From the NCBI GenBank assembly GCA_043228905.1, contig JBHGNT010000001.1:17856001-17920000 (forward strand): a DNA stretch of 64,000 nucleotides, read 5' to 3'. The DNA comes from Azolla caroliniana. Taxonomy: Eukaryota > Plantae > Polypodiophyta. Positions 63,491 through 64,000 of the stretch are shown here, in pieces. The notes under the pieces were generated by a model. It had not been told where the DNA came from. It made no database searches and saw only the letters and a list, made by a program, of their open reading frames with translations. The stretch's first letter is position 1; every line of letters starts with the position of its first letter. A program made the position numbers and the translations under genes.

Positions 63491-64000
63491 GTGCTTCCTC
63501 TTCACCAGGTCCACGATGCCGTTGTTGAACTCTTTCTTTGCTATTCCTAGCACTTCACGGGGCGTGAGTTCCACGCGACTATCAAGGATTCACTCCTCCA
63601 AGACCTTCCATAGGCCCGTCGTTTTCTCTATCTCCGAGCTTAACTGGAAGCTCAGGATCTTCCCCTTTTTTTTTTCCTATGAATCACTTATCTTGGGTCC
63701 ACTCCGGGTGTCGTATATCCCCGAAGAGCCTGCCCCTCTGGCCTTCCCAACCCGCTTGTCGTCGACCAGAACCTCGTTGTTCTGGCACGCGGCTTCTACG
63801 AAGCCAATCTTCTGCTCAATCGGATCGCTCCATCTGATGACTTCACGAACCAGCCTCTCTGCACGGTCTACTTCCTCCTTCTTTGGCTTCTTTCCGTTGA
63901 ATCCCTCTAGTACTACCAGCCAAAATTTGGAGTCATCCCTAGAGCCGGTAGCTTTCACTCCACCCACACGGATGCTGGTCGAGGCCGAGTACTGAATGGC

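Larger units (their letters stand above)
53414..64000 (-). mobile_element. Decayed Trp-primed-family gypsy (C): 3' LTR 53414-54156, PPT, INT/RH 54229-56281, gag remnant 63488-64000
   Basis: Peptides colinear with element B. The LTR end shares GGTTCRAGACCCCCGTGGTCC with B. RT and protease missing. The gag remnant may belong to another copy. Confidence 0.82.

Noticed and set aside
62929-63574. Repetitive-protein ORFs (NPLYELSLRILST)n
   Set aside because: Artefacts of translating a minisatellite; open in several frames.

Overview
Gene-free plant heterochromatin-type window made almost entirely of nested LTR retrotransposons; element types suggest a non-seed plant, probably a moss (inference). 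No host gene, rRNA, intact tRNA or CRISPR was found. Contents: (i) Tnt1-like Ty1/copia elements with a tRNA-iMet PBS and 5-bp TSDs: one intact (27658-32969), one with a single nonsense codon (57251-62778), several decayed, and a solo LTR. (ii) A family of Ty3/gypsy elements resembling fungal Ylt1-type elements, with a tRNA-Trp PBS, 4-bp TSDs and gag-protease and RT-RH-INT in separate frames: one intact and very young (36084-43247), plus older relatives. (iii) Chromovirus remnants. (iv) A non-chromovirus gypsy with a long 3' extra ORF. (v) Two copies of a non-autonomous hAT-type element. (vi) A minisatellite. The most interesting signals are non-coding: tRNA-derived A/B-box modules in the U3 of several LTR families; a tRNA-Arg 3'-end mimic before the PPT of two elements; a conserved -1 frameshift pseudoknot between protease and RT; a covarying stem enclosing the PPT; CpG-centred target sites; and a 56-bp-periodic hairpin array downstream of a PBS. 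All coordinates were read by eye and may be off by a few bases.
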